The position numbers were made by a program, and so were the translations under genes. Positions 36,393 through 44,283 of a DNA stretch of 57,962 bases are shown piece by piece. This DNA is from a virus (Duplodnaviria; Caudoviricetes): IMG/VR virus record IMGVR_UViG_3300032291_002754, positions 1 to 57,962 of that record. The stretch is one strand, 5' to 3'. The number at the start of each line of letters is the position of its first letter. Position 1 is the stretch's first letter. Under the pieces are notes generated by a model. The model saw only the letters and a program-made list of their open reading frames with translations. It did no database searches and was not told where the DNA came from.

Positions 36393-36851
36393 TCACGTCC
36401 TCCGTAAACTAGTGTCTTTTTTCTTCGCTCTGGAAATCGCCAGCCGGACTATGGCTTGCCCAGCCAGGTCGATGAACGGCAGTCCGCGCTTCGACGCCTC
36501 ATCGCGGAGCCAGCCGACGATTGTCGGGATGTTGTCTTCGCACCATTGAATGCCCCTATCGTCCATGGCTCGGGCTTTTTGGTTGCAGGAACACGTCGGG
36601 CTTGATGTGATGCCAATGCGTTTGAGTAACGCCTTCAACTCCGTTCCTGCACCCGGAGCGGGCGGGACGTAGTTTGGACGGTACTTGGCTTTAAGGGAGA
36701 CAAGTTGTTCTGCCGTGAAGCCGACAGCCTCAACCTCGCCGGTTGCAGACAGGTATTTTTCGCCCTTGTCTAGAAGTTCTTGCACGTACCCTTCCGGCCG
36801 CTGCTTGGCGGTTTCCAGAATGTCTTGCATCGGGAAGACAACTGAGATCAT
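36393..36851 (-). CDS. Hypothetical protein with GAGTELK...CSC motif
   Basis: GAGTELKALL...CSCNQKARAMD...W. Confidence 0.75.
   Translation of the reverse strand: MISVVFPMQDILETAKQRPEGYVQELLDKGEKYLSATGEVEAVGFTAEQLVSLKAKYRPNYVPPAPGAGTELKALLKRIGITSSPTCSCNQKARAMDDRGIQWCEDNIPTIVGWLRDEASKRGLPFIDLAGQAIVRLAISRAKKKDTSLRRT
36409..36417 (-). promoter_or_regulatory. AGACACTAG late-promoter-like motif
   Basis: About 20 bp upstream of start 36391. Confidence 0.45.
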
Positions 36852-37510
36852 GGAGGAGACTCACAGGACAGGCTTGGCTCGCCATTCAGAACGCCTTCAT
36901 CGACCGGCGGCGCGTTGCAGCCGGAGCAAGATCGCATGCAATCACCAGTAGGCGGAATAGTGGTGTTTAGGACGAAGCAATACTCCGTTCCGCGCGCATT
37001 CCCCCACCCAGGCAATCCCGTGACTGGGTATCTTAAATCGTCGTTTCCTGGGGAGCATTGAAAAATCCACGCTTGCGAGGCCGGAGAGGTTATTTCTGGA
37101 TGCGGCACTGGTTCTTCTGGGGTAGAGCGAATTTCCACGGCTTGGGAGGTGACATCTTTGAAGTTCTTGCCGTCGCACATATACAGCGAATACTTGTATT
37201 TAATTCGTCCGCAACAGAGGCCGCTGCCGTATTCGCCGGAGTAGGTGCCGTACGAAGCCGCCATCGCAACGTACCATTGCAAGGTGCAGCCTTTTGACGT
37301 GAGGGCCTGCGGATACCCTGTCTTGAAAGACACTTGCACGTTTGGACTGAGGCCCGCCGGTAAGAAAACTGCCACAGAGTGCGACGGTACTTCGCACGGT
37401 GGCAGTGGATTTTCCTCCGGATAATCCTGCGGGTACTGGCCCTGCGGCACTACAGTTATGCAGCCTTCGCGATCACACGGCTCGGAGCATCCGCAGCAAG
37501 GGCAGGGCAT
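36848..37510 (-). CDS. Cys-rich protein
   Basis: Begins MPCPCCGC; many Cys residues. Confidence 0.7.
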   Translation of the reverse strand: MPCPCCGCSEPCDREGCITVVPQGQYPQDYPEENPLPPCEVPSHSVAVFLPAGLSPNVQVSFKTGYPQALTSKGCTLQWYVAMAASYGTYSGEYGSGLCCGRIKYKYSLYMCDGKNFKDVTSQAVEIRSTPEEPVPHPEITSPASQAWIFQCSPGNDDLRYPVTGLPGWGNARGTEYCFVLNTTIPPTGDCMRSCSGCNAPPVDEGVLNGEPSLSCESPP

Positions 37511-37512
37511 GG

Positions 37513-38457
37513 CTACTCTCCTGCGTAGGTCTTGCTTTGTAGATCGGGGTTGCCAATCAATTCACGCACACGCGCGCCGGATGCGTCCAAGGCTCTCTTA
37601 ATCGCAGGCCCTCGCTCAAGCGCCACGCCGACCGCCGGCAGAGCAACCTCCCAGCCGACTTTCTTCCAAGCCGGTCCGATTTTCCCGGCGCGCGCCAGAA
37701 GTGCCGCGTGAGGGAGATTGTTGAACGGATCTAATGCGGCATCGCTGAAAAACCCAAGCGCCGTCGCCAGCCCGGGGGAAGCACCGAGAGCGGTGTAGTG
37801 ATCAAAACCAGTGCGGGTTCCTTCCCACTGCTTCTTGTGAGTTGCTTCGTCTATCTCGGCGTAGTCGGAAGACGGGTCCAGCGTCTGCCAAGACACCTGT
37901 TCCTTGCGGCGGTTTTGCTCTGGGAGTTCGTCAGCGAACGTGCCTGTGCCTTTTGGCACCAACCCAAAGTCCTCCGCGCCGTACATAGTCAGCGTGTTGA
38001 CGGCTCTGGCCAATCGTTTTTCCGCCTGCGGATCCCAAGGAGCTTCCGGGTCAACGGAGTTTGCCAAGACACCGGACAGCGAATACGCGGCAGATGGCAG
38101 CGCGGCCATGCCATTCAAGACGTTGCTCAAATGGCCTCCCGGCGTCAGAAGGCCGCGCTGGTATGGAGACTTCAAGTCCGGAAGTTTTCCGTACTCGTAG
38201 TCCACAGCCGGCCCCGTTACCGCGGATGGAAGAAAGCCGGTGGGGCCTTTCGGAAACCGCTCATTGATCTTCTCTAGGAAGTGCGCGCGCCGCATGTCCT
38301 GGTCATACTGGTCTGCGGATTTGGTCTGATATGCCAGCGCGCCGGGGTGATTGATGATTCGCGACACAAACCCTGGCCGCTCAAACCGAGGTAGGTCTTT
38401 GGTTTCCTTCACCAGTTGGCGAAGGAACTCCATGTCTTCTGGTGCGTAGTCGGCCAT
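37513..38457 (-). CDS. Hypothetical (putative virion) protein
   Basis: 314 aa; ALDPFN and hydrophobic ALPAVGVA segment. Confidence 0.7.
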   Translation of the reverse strand: MADYAPEDMEFLRQLVKETKDLPRFERPGFVSRIINHPGALAYQTKSADQYDQDMRRAHFLEKINERFPKGPTGFLPSAVTGPAVDYEYGKLPDLKSPYQRGLLTPGGHLSNVLNGMAALPSAAYSLSGVLANSVDPEAPWDPQAEKRLARAVNTLTMYGAEDFGLVPKGTGTFADELPEQNRRKEQVSWQTLDPSSDYAEIDEATHKKQWEGTRTGFDHYTALGASPGLATALGFFSDAALDPFNNLPHAALLARAGKIGPAWKKVGWEVALPAVGVALERGPAIKRALDASGARVRELIGNPDLQSKTYAGE

Positions 38458-38459
38458 GT

Positions 38460-39146
38460 CTATCTCCCGAGGTCTTGAAGTTGCGCTGGCCGGCGGCGGC
38501 GCATGATTTCCTGCGCGGTCGGTTCGCCGCCCCTTGCGGATTCCATCTCTGGCTTGTCCACGTACGCTGCGGCCGTCAAAAGACCGCCGGAACCAATTGC
38601 AGCCCCGAGAGCGTACGGCGCAACGCCACGCGCAGTTGACGCCGCGGTCTGAAGCCCACCCAGGACAGCGTATGGAACCGGGTCAAGTTCGGCGTAATTG
38701 TTCACTGGCCAGTCAACTAGTTGCGAAGACTGCCCCGATGCAAGCCGCGCCAGAAGCTCGTCTTCAAAAGGCGCATATTTTTGTGGGTATTTCAACCACC
38801 GCGGCAGGGCAGCGCGAACCGACTCGTCATTTCTTGCGATGTCATAGATGCCGTGCATCAACTCATGCCGAAGGGATGGACGGTCGCCAGCGCGGTGCCA
38901 TACCTCCTTGGCCGATGGTGAGTAAAACCCGTACATCCGACCACCGGCTTCGTACGCGTCAGGATTTGACCGCATGAATAGATCATCCAAGGCTTCCGGC
39001 TTTGCCTCAATTACGTTTAACTGCCGGCGGGCCTTCAGTAACGCAGGGACGCGCGAGGGCGCCCCCGTGAAGTTCCTCCACGCGCTGTCTAGATACTGGG
39101 CCGCTGCGAGCGGCATGGACTTTCCAGCCGGACCGCCCACGGTCAC
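38460..39146 (-). CDS. HExxH metallopeptidase-like protein
   Basis: GFYSP...LRHELMHG...EDELLA. Confidence 0.65.
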   Translation of the reverse strand: MTVGGPAGKSMPLAAAQYLDSAWRNFTGAPSRVPALLKARRQLNVIEAKPEALDDLFMRSNPDAYEAGGRMYGFYSPSAKEVWHRAGDRPSLRHELMHGIYDIARNDESVRAALPRWLKYPQKYAPFEDELLARLASGQSSQLVDWPVNNYAELDPVPYAVLGGLQTAASTARGVAPYALGAAIGSGGLLTAAAYVDKPEMESARGGEPTAQEIMRRRRPAQLQDLGR

Positions 39147-39183
39147 TCCTCCTCATCGTCCCAGAAAAGAAATTCAAACGGGT

Positions 39184-40041
39184 TCATTCTGTGTCCACTG
39201 CTTGCGAAGCGGCCACCGGCAGCGTGGCCAGGATCTTTGTCATGTAGTCCGCATATTGACTCTTGCTGCGAGAGTTCAGCACAGCGTCTGCCGTGGCGCG
39301 GCGGCGAGCGTCATTGTCGAACAGCGCCTCTTGCAGGGCCTCCATGGCCTTGTCGCGGCTATCCACCAGAGATCCGGTCTTGTTGACTCGCCTTGAAACA
39401 ATGTCGCTTAACGTGGCGGCAATCTCGTCGGGGTGGCTGATGTAGGCGGCATCAAGACCCTTGGCGCTCATTCGCGACAGCGGCAGTGCGTCCCGCTGCC
39501 TTTGGCCGACCAAGCGGTCGATGGCGTGAGCCGCCTCTTCCCTGACAGTGGATGGCAGCGTATCGGGATTGCCAGCCGCCAAACGGATGACCTGGCGGGG
39601 GGCGGGTGTGTCGCGTGTTCGGACACGCTCATACCGACCGAGGCTGGGCTTTCCGGCAACGATGCTGTTCTTCGGCGTGACCAATACGGGGATGTCCCAT
39701 TCCGAAGCACCGTCTCGCGCGAAATACGGCCCGTCTATCGGGTCGCGAGAAACGTCTTGGAGGCCATGCTTGCGCGCATGGGAAAGCACGTCACCCCTCA
39801 TGCCCTCGTCATATGACCGAAGAACCGCGTCAAGCGGATCTACTGACATGAGATCGACTGGGCCGTGCCGACCTTGGCCGGCGTACGCCGCCGGGATGTC
39901 AGGCGAACGCCGCAACAGCGTCAGCGCCTTGTTGCTGTTCACATCAACGGGAAGGACTCCAAGCTCTTGGAGAAGCGTCCGGATTCCAGATGGCACATTG
40001 CCAGTCATCTGGCCAACGTCGCCCCACCACTGCTTGCCCAT
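39184..40041 (-). CDS. Metallopeptidase-like protein with EExxH variant
   Basis: LGRY...VREEAAHAID...YISHPDEIAA. Confidence 0.6.
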   Translation of the reverse strand: MGKQWWGDVGQMTGNVPSGIRTLLQELGVLPVDVNSNKALTLLRRSPDIPAAYAGQGRHGPVDLMSVDPLDAVLRSYDEGMRGDVLSHARKHGLQDVSRDPIDGPYFARDGASEWDIPVLVTPKNSIVAGKPSLGRYERVRTRDTPAPRQVIRLAAGNPDTLPSTVREEAAHAIDRLVGQRQRDALPLSRMSAKGLDAAYISHPDEIAATLSDIVSRRVNKTGSLVDSRDKAMEALQEALFDNDARRRATADAVLNSRSKSQYADYMTKILATLPVAASQAVDTE

Positions 40042-40077
40042 CGATGGACCCTCTAGCCACTAGTTATCCGCTAGTTG

Positions 40078-40086
40078 CTAGTGTCC
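40078..40086 (-). promoter_or_regulatory. GGACACTAG late-promoter-like motif with CTAG cluster
   Basis: Intergenic at the head of the late block; four CTAG within 40053-40081. Confidence 0.55.
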
Positions 40087-40097
40087 CGCGAGCGGCG

Positions 40098-40490
40098 TCA
40101 CTTAGTTCGCTCCAGCAGCGAGCGGAGCGTGGCGCGGGCTTGAACCAGAGAAACTACGCCCTTCTCTGTCCACTTAGCCCCCTCCAAGTCCCCCTCTTGC
40201 ATGTACTCGTCCTGCTTCTTTTGCCCTCTGCGGACTGTCTCCGCAAGATTCATACACGCAATATCCACAGCCTCCCGCTCATCGCTGGTGAGGCAGTCCT
40301 GTTTCAAATGTAGGTTCTCTCGCCGCAGTTCCATCATGGCAGAAGACATTTCTCGCCACTGTTGACGCAGCATTTCGATTTCGGCTGCGGCATCTTTGCA
40401 TGGACTGCACTGCGGCTCAGGGAGTCGAAGCAGCAGCGTCGTTATGTCTTCCATCGCGTCTCTCACTGATTTCTGGAGCGCCCCGATCAT
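40098..40490 (-). CDS. Coiled-coil hypothetical protein
   Basis: DAAAEIEMLR; LTSDEREAV...ATLRSLLERT. Confidence 0.7.
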   Translation of the reverse strand: MIGALQKSVRDAMEDITTLLLRLPEPQCSPCKDAAAEIEMLRQQWREMSSAMMELRRENLHLKQDCLTSDEREAVDIACMNLAETVRRGQKKQDEYMQEGDLEGAKWTEKGVVSLVQARATLRSLLERTK

Positions 40491-40499
40491 ATTGAAAAC

Positions 40500-40823
40500 T
40501 CACCGCGAAACGTCGGTTTTCTCATATGGCAAGGGCAACTCTTCAATGCCGCTGATGTCCAAGCGGTGCCTGCCCAGCCGATCTCCAACCATGTCCTCAA
40601 AGGCAACAAAGCAGTCTCTCACATCCTCGTCGTTATTCAGCAGTTTTTCGACCGCTGCCCCGATATGGGTGCCGAGGCACCTTGGAAGATTGGCAAGTTC
40701 TGGCGTCCAGCCAAGTTCCTCTGTCACAATCTGCGAGCATGCATCCGCGCGGTCTTCGATCTCAATGCGTATCCGAATCACGCTGTGGGCGTCTGGGTAT
40801 TTCATTCGGAACCTCCCTGTCAC
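40500..40823 (-). CDS. Hypothetical protein
   Basis: Packed ORF. Confidence 0.65.
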   Translation of the reverse strand: MTGRFRMKYPDAHSVIRIRIEIEDRADACSQIVTEELGWTPELANLPRCLGTHIGAAVEKLLNNDEDVRDCFVAFEDMVGDRLGRHRLDISGIEELPLPYEKTDVSR

Positions 40824-41047
40824 TTTTTGTTGTTGTGGTCAGAACCCGAGAAGCGAACTGTTGGATGCTCCATGAACATCACGCGCATGGTGGCGAGGTG
40901 GTCATCGAAAGCCCGTGCCGCTGCCATCCAGTGGTTGCGCTCCTTGACCAGACGCTCAATCTCGTCCGCCGCCTCCTCCATCAGAGGATCCTTGCCCTTG
41001 AACGAGAACGACCTGTCCCGAAGTCGTTCCACCAGGCTGTTGAACAT
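40820..41047 (-). CDS. Hypothetical protein
   Basis: LVERLR...EAADEIERL motif; start MFNSL. Confidence 0.7.
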   Translation of the reverse strand: MFNSLVERLRDRSFSFKGKDPLMEEAADEIERLVKERNHWMAAARAFDDHLATMRVMFMEHPTVRFSGSDHNNKK

Positions 41048-41180
41048 CGCGATTCTCCACTGGGGCTGGGGGGATACGGAAGGACACATTGCCGGACGGG
41101 AAGAACTGGATGACGGCCTCCAAGGCTTCCAGGCGGGCTGACAGTGACCTGACGGCGGCGAGAAGCTCTTCGGTGTCCAT
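40956..41180 (-). CDS. Hypothetical protein
   Basis: MDTEELLAAVRSLSARLEALE coiled coil; first gene after the non-coding region. Confidence 0.55.
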   Translation of the reverse strand: MDTEELLAAVRSLSARLEALEAVIQFFPSGNVSFRIPPAPVENRDVQQPGGTTSGQVVLVQGQGSSDGGGGGRD

Positions 41181-41515
41181 GGCGCTACATCCCGTGCGGT
41201 TAGTTGCGCGCCATAGTAGCGCATTTCACGGCCTAATAGTAGCGCGCCCTCACAGACCACGTTGGTTTGGAAATGGGTGAAAACCACATGGTTCTAGGAA
41301 GTTAGAAAAAATCCAGGTGGGGATATGACAAGAACCTCCGGGCTTCGACGGGGGCGGGCCGGGGTGGTTCAACTCACCCCAGCCCTGCCCCCAAACCCTT
41401 GCCCCGCCGGGAGTTAGGTGTTTCGTCCGGCTTGCCAATCGGACAAGCGGCCGAAAACGACCCCTCCGGCGGACGGTCGCGGCGTCGGCCGCGTTGCCGT
41501 GCATCGTCACCATCC

Positions 41516-41550
41516 AAAAACCTAACGGGGCGATCAGCGGAAAAAATCTT
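41516..41550 (-). promoter_or_regulatory. Early motif copy 1 (A/T tract + CGCCCCGTTAGGTTT)
   Basis: One of 8 oriented intergenic copies. Confidence 0.7.
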
Positions 41551-41611
41551 TCCCGCAAACCACCCGACCGCATCCCCCCGCAGGGGAACAGGGTCGGACA
41601 GTCTGCCCGTG

Positions 41612-41647
41612 GGTAGGGGGGGTGAAATCCTGGCCACCCCCCCTACC
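41612..41647 (-). terminator. 13-bp perfect hairpin after 41658-42089
   Basis: GGTAGGGGGGGTG/CACCCCCCCTACC; no T tail. Confidence 0.5.
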
Positions 41648-41657
41648 GGGGCGTCTG

Positions 41658-42089
41658 CTATTCGGACCGCCCGTAGGCTGCGGCGACAGCGTCTGCCGCC
41701 GACAGTCCAAGCCTGTTGCACTTGCGGCGGGCATCGGACTGCATCGCCTCCGCTGCGACCATCTGGTCAAGCGGCGACGGAACGTGGCAGCGGGCCGTTT
41801 CCCGCACCGCCACGGCCTGCATGGCCTCCGCGACCTTCTCCGGCGTCCGCCTGTTCTTGCCCTGCGGCTGACGCCACCCGCCACCCCGCCAGACCTTCCT
41901 AACGATCTTGGTGAAGTCTTCCGGCGTGGCCGGCGGCAACCGCCACTCCCTCCGCAGACCCCAAACGAATGCCGCTTGGGCGGCCTCTTCTGCCGCCTCC
42001 CGTCCCAGACCGTACCACCGGGCGGACCGTTCCAGATCGGCAAGGATCAGCCGGAAGACTTCGTTACTGGCAGTCTTGACCCATTCCAT
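41658..42089 (-). CDS. Protein with a sigma region-2-like segment
   Basis: LERSARWYG...AAEEAAQAAFV resembles ECF DAEDxxQExF; no clear region 4. Confidence 0.5.
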   Translation of the reverse strand: MEWVKTASNEVFRLILADLERSARWYGLGREAAEEAAQAAFVWGLRREWRLPPATPEDFTKIVRKVWRGGGWRQPQGKNRRTPEKVAEAMQAVAVRETARCHVPSPLDQMVAAEAMQSDARRKCNRLGLSAADAVAAAYGRSE

Positions 42090-42215
42090 CGTTCTTCTCC
42101 CCATGGTGACTATCACAGTGTGTCAGCACTGTGCCGGGATTGTAACACCGTTTCCGCGGCACTGCAACCCCTTACTATATCGGCAGAATGGCGGTTGAAC
42201 TCCGGCCAATCGCAG

Positions 42216-42251
42216 CCCCTCCCCAGAGGCTTGGGCGTATCTGGGGAGGGG
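42216..42251 (-). terminator. 12-bp hairpin after 42271-42456
   Basis: CCCCTCCCCAGA/TCTGGGGAGGGG. Confidence 0.5.
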
Positions 42252-42270
42252 TTCGCGACGGGCCGCGGGA

Positions 42271-42456
42271 TCAAGCCTTGACGTAGGCGTTCAGGCCGAT
42301 CACAAGCGGCTTCCCGTCCACAAGGACGGTGGTCTTCTGGTTACCCCCGGTGCTGGCCACCCGCAGTCCCTTGCCGGAACTGGTGGGCAGGAGGTTCGGC
42401 TCCACCGGGATGCGGACGGTCAAGATGCCCTTTTCGATCTTCGCTTCGATGCTCAT
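42271..42456 (-). CDS. Small conserved-looking beta protein
   Basis: SSGKGLRVASTGGN...IGLNAY; RBS GGAG. Confidence 0.8.
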   Translation of the reverse strand: MSIEAKIEKGILTVRIPVEPNLLPTSSGKGLRVASTGGNQKTTVLVDGKPLVIGLNAYVKA

Positions 42457-42505
42457 TGTGAAGTCTCCGTTTCGGCCATCGTTCCTGCCGCTCGTCGCGG
42501 CTTAC

Positions 42506-42540
42506 AAAAAACCAACGGGGCGGTGCGTCAGAAAAATCTT
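42506..42540 (-). promoter_or_regulatory. Early motif copy 2
   Basis: AAGATTTTTC...CGCCCCGTTGGTTTTT. Confidence 0.75.
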
Positions 42541-42585
42541 TCGGCCGGACGATTTTTTCGATCTATATATAGCCTCGCGATTTTG

Positions 42586-42618
42586 AAAAGTTTTTTTGGA
42601 TCATCGCCCCGTTAGTTT
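42586..42618 (+). promoter_or_regulatory. Early motif copy 3, divergent from copy 2
   Basis: AAAAGTTTTTTT...CGCCCCGTTAGTTT. Confidence 0.75.
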
Positions 42619-42619
42619 C

Positions 42620-42800
42620 GCGGCGGCGATGTCGTTTTCGCCGCTGCGTCCGCCGTCGATGTTCGACGGCTTTCCACTGCCCCCCGCGGCAGACCTCGTC
42701 GGCCGCACCCTGCCGGGTGGCCGGTGGCACTCTGATGCGGGCAGCGGTCGTTTGCCTGAGTGTGCGGGCAGTTGGGGCTAGTCGCGACGGCGGACGCTGG
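42620..42800 (+). ncRNA. Candidate structured leader RNA
   Basis: 13-bp perfect long-range pair 42646-42658/42785-42797 enclosing nested stems. Confidence 0.45.
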
Positions 42801-42832
42801 GGCTATCCATGCGGGCAAGTGAGGGTGTTTCC

Positions 42833-43585
42833 ATGCGCGTCTCCTATGGCAAGGCCAACAGCAAGTTGGTGCGGTTGCAGGCTCTTCTGGGCCGCAAGGT
42901 CTACTCTTGGTCGATCCTCTCTGGGAAGAACTGCACCTATGCCAAGGACTGCAAGGTCTGGGCTGAGAGGGATTCCCAGACGGGCAGGACACGCAAGGTG
43001 CGCTCCCCGCTGACGGTGTTCGACTGCTTCTCTGCCTCTGAGGAAGCACTGTATCCCAGCGTGTATGACTCTCGGGCGCGGAACTCTGAGGTTCTGATGC
43101 TGAGTCAGTCCCAGATGACCGAGGTCATGCTGGCCGGCATACCCAAGAATGCCGGAGTCATTCGCATCCATGTCGGCGGTGACTTCAAGACGCAGGAGTA
43201 CTTCGATGCGTGGCTGGATGTGACTCTGCGCCGTCCGGAGCTGCTCTTCTACGCCTACACCAAGTCCATCCCGTTCTGGCTGAAGAGGGTGGACAGCATC
43301 CCGGACAACTTCAGGCTGACCGCCTCCCGCGGTGGCCACCGTGACGATCTGATCGCGGCCCATGGGCTGAAAGAGGCCGTTGTGGTCTACACCGAGCAAC
43401 AGGCCGCTGATCTGGGTCTGGAGATCGACCATGACGATAGCCATGCCGCGCTGGGCAGCACGTCTTTTGCCCTGCTGATCCACGGCAAGCAGGCCGCTGG
43501 CACAGAGGCCGCTGCTGCGGTGCGTGCGCTGAAGGGCAAGGGGTCTTACTCACACAAAGTGAACAAGGCCCTGGCTCTGGCCTGA
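42833..43585 (+). CDS. Gp88-like protein
   Basis: NSKL, CTYAKDC, RIHVGGDF, FYAYTKS, NFRLTASRGG. Confidence 0.8.
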   Translation: MRVSYGKANSKLVRLQALLGRKVYSWSILSGKNCTYAKDCKVWAERDSQTGRTRKVRSPLTVFDCFSASEEALYPSVYDSRARNSEVLMLSQSQMTEVMLAGIPKNAGVIRIHVGGDFKTQEYFDAWLDVTLRRPELLFYAYTKSIPFWLKRVDSIPDNFRLTASRGGHRDDLIAAHGLKEAVVVYTEQQAADLGLEIDHDDSHAALGSTSFALLIHGKQAAGTEAAAAVRALKGKGSYSHKVNKALALA

Positions 43586-43595
43586 CGCAGAAACC

Positions 43596-43629
43596 GGAAT
43601 TTTTCGTTTCATCGCCCCGTTGGTTTTTT
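43596..43629 (+). promoter_or_regulatory. Early motif copy 4
   Basis: GGAATTTTT...CGCCCCGTTGGTTTTTT. Confidence 0.75.
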
Positions 43630-43661
43630 GGATCGATCCGTTTCCCCAAAGGAGTTCCACC

Positions 43662-43856
43662 ATGCGCGTTTTCTGGGTCTACAACCGGACGGGTGATTCG
43701 TCGTGGCGTCTGCATGAGGTGATTGCGGCCCCCAATCGGAAGGCCGCTGTGCGCGCCCTTGACGCCGCCTCTTCCCGCCGGCTGCGGGACGGCATGGTCA
43801 TGGTCGGTCCGGCCCTCAACAAGACCCTTGCCCCTAACCGCACTGTGGAGGTTTGA
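43662..43856 (+). CDS. Hypothetical protein
   Basis: RBS AAGGAG, start MRVFW. Confidence 0.7.
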   Translation: MRVFWVYNRTGDSSWRLHEVIAAPNRKAAVRALDAASSRRLRDGMVMVGPALNKTLAPNRTVEV

Positions 43857-44068
43857 TGTACGCCTACAAGATGCCACCGAAGCGGGTGTTCCGCGACCGA
43901 TTCAAGGGCAGTGATGCACTGTTTGAGGCTTGCTGGAGGCAGTACCGCCAGTACCTCAACGGTGCTATCGATGACCCGACCTGTGACGATGACGTGATGG
44001 GATGGCTGGAATCCATTGCGTCGGAGCGCGTCAATTCCAGTTCCTCCAGGTTCTACCTCTACGGCTGA
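43856..44068 (+). CDS. Hypothetical protein
   Basis: RBS GGAGG, TGATG coupling. Confidence 0.7.
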   Translation: MYAYKMPPKRVFRDRFKGSDALFEACWRQYRQYLNGAIDDPTCDDDVMGWLESIASERVNSSSSRFYLYG

Positions 44069-44086
44069 CAGAAAGGCGGTGCGACA

Positions 44087-44272
44087 GTGAAAGAGAACGT
44101 GAAGATTGTGCTGACCAAGGACGAGGCCGTTGAGTTGGAGGACGTTCTTGGTGAGTCCATTGAGACTCTGAAGAACTCCCTGCGGCGATCCGACTATCCA
44201 TCGCTAGATGACTCTCACCGGCTCGCAGTTCTGACCGACATCTGGAATCTACTGTCCGACGCCATGGTATAG
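44087..44272 (+). CDS. Hypothetical protein
   Basis: 61 aa, helical. Confidence 0.65.
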   Translation: MKENVKIVLTKDEAVELEDVLGESIETLKNSLRRSDYPSLDDSHRLAVLTDIWNLLSDAMV

Positions 44273-44283
44273 GGGGAACGCTA

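Noticed and set aside
41415-41445. Hammerhead ribozyme (stem followed by GAAAC on the minus strand)
   Set aside because: The required CUGANGA core before the stem is missing
43530-43560. ArfA-like KGKGSY motif at the gp88 C-terminus
   Set aside because: It is a six-residue match inside a larger unrelated protein and probably coincidental
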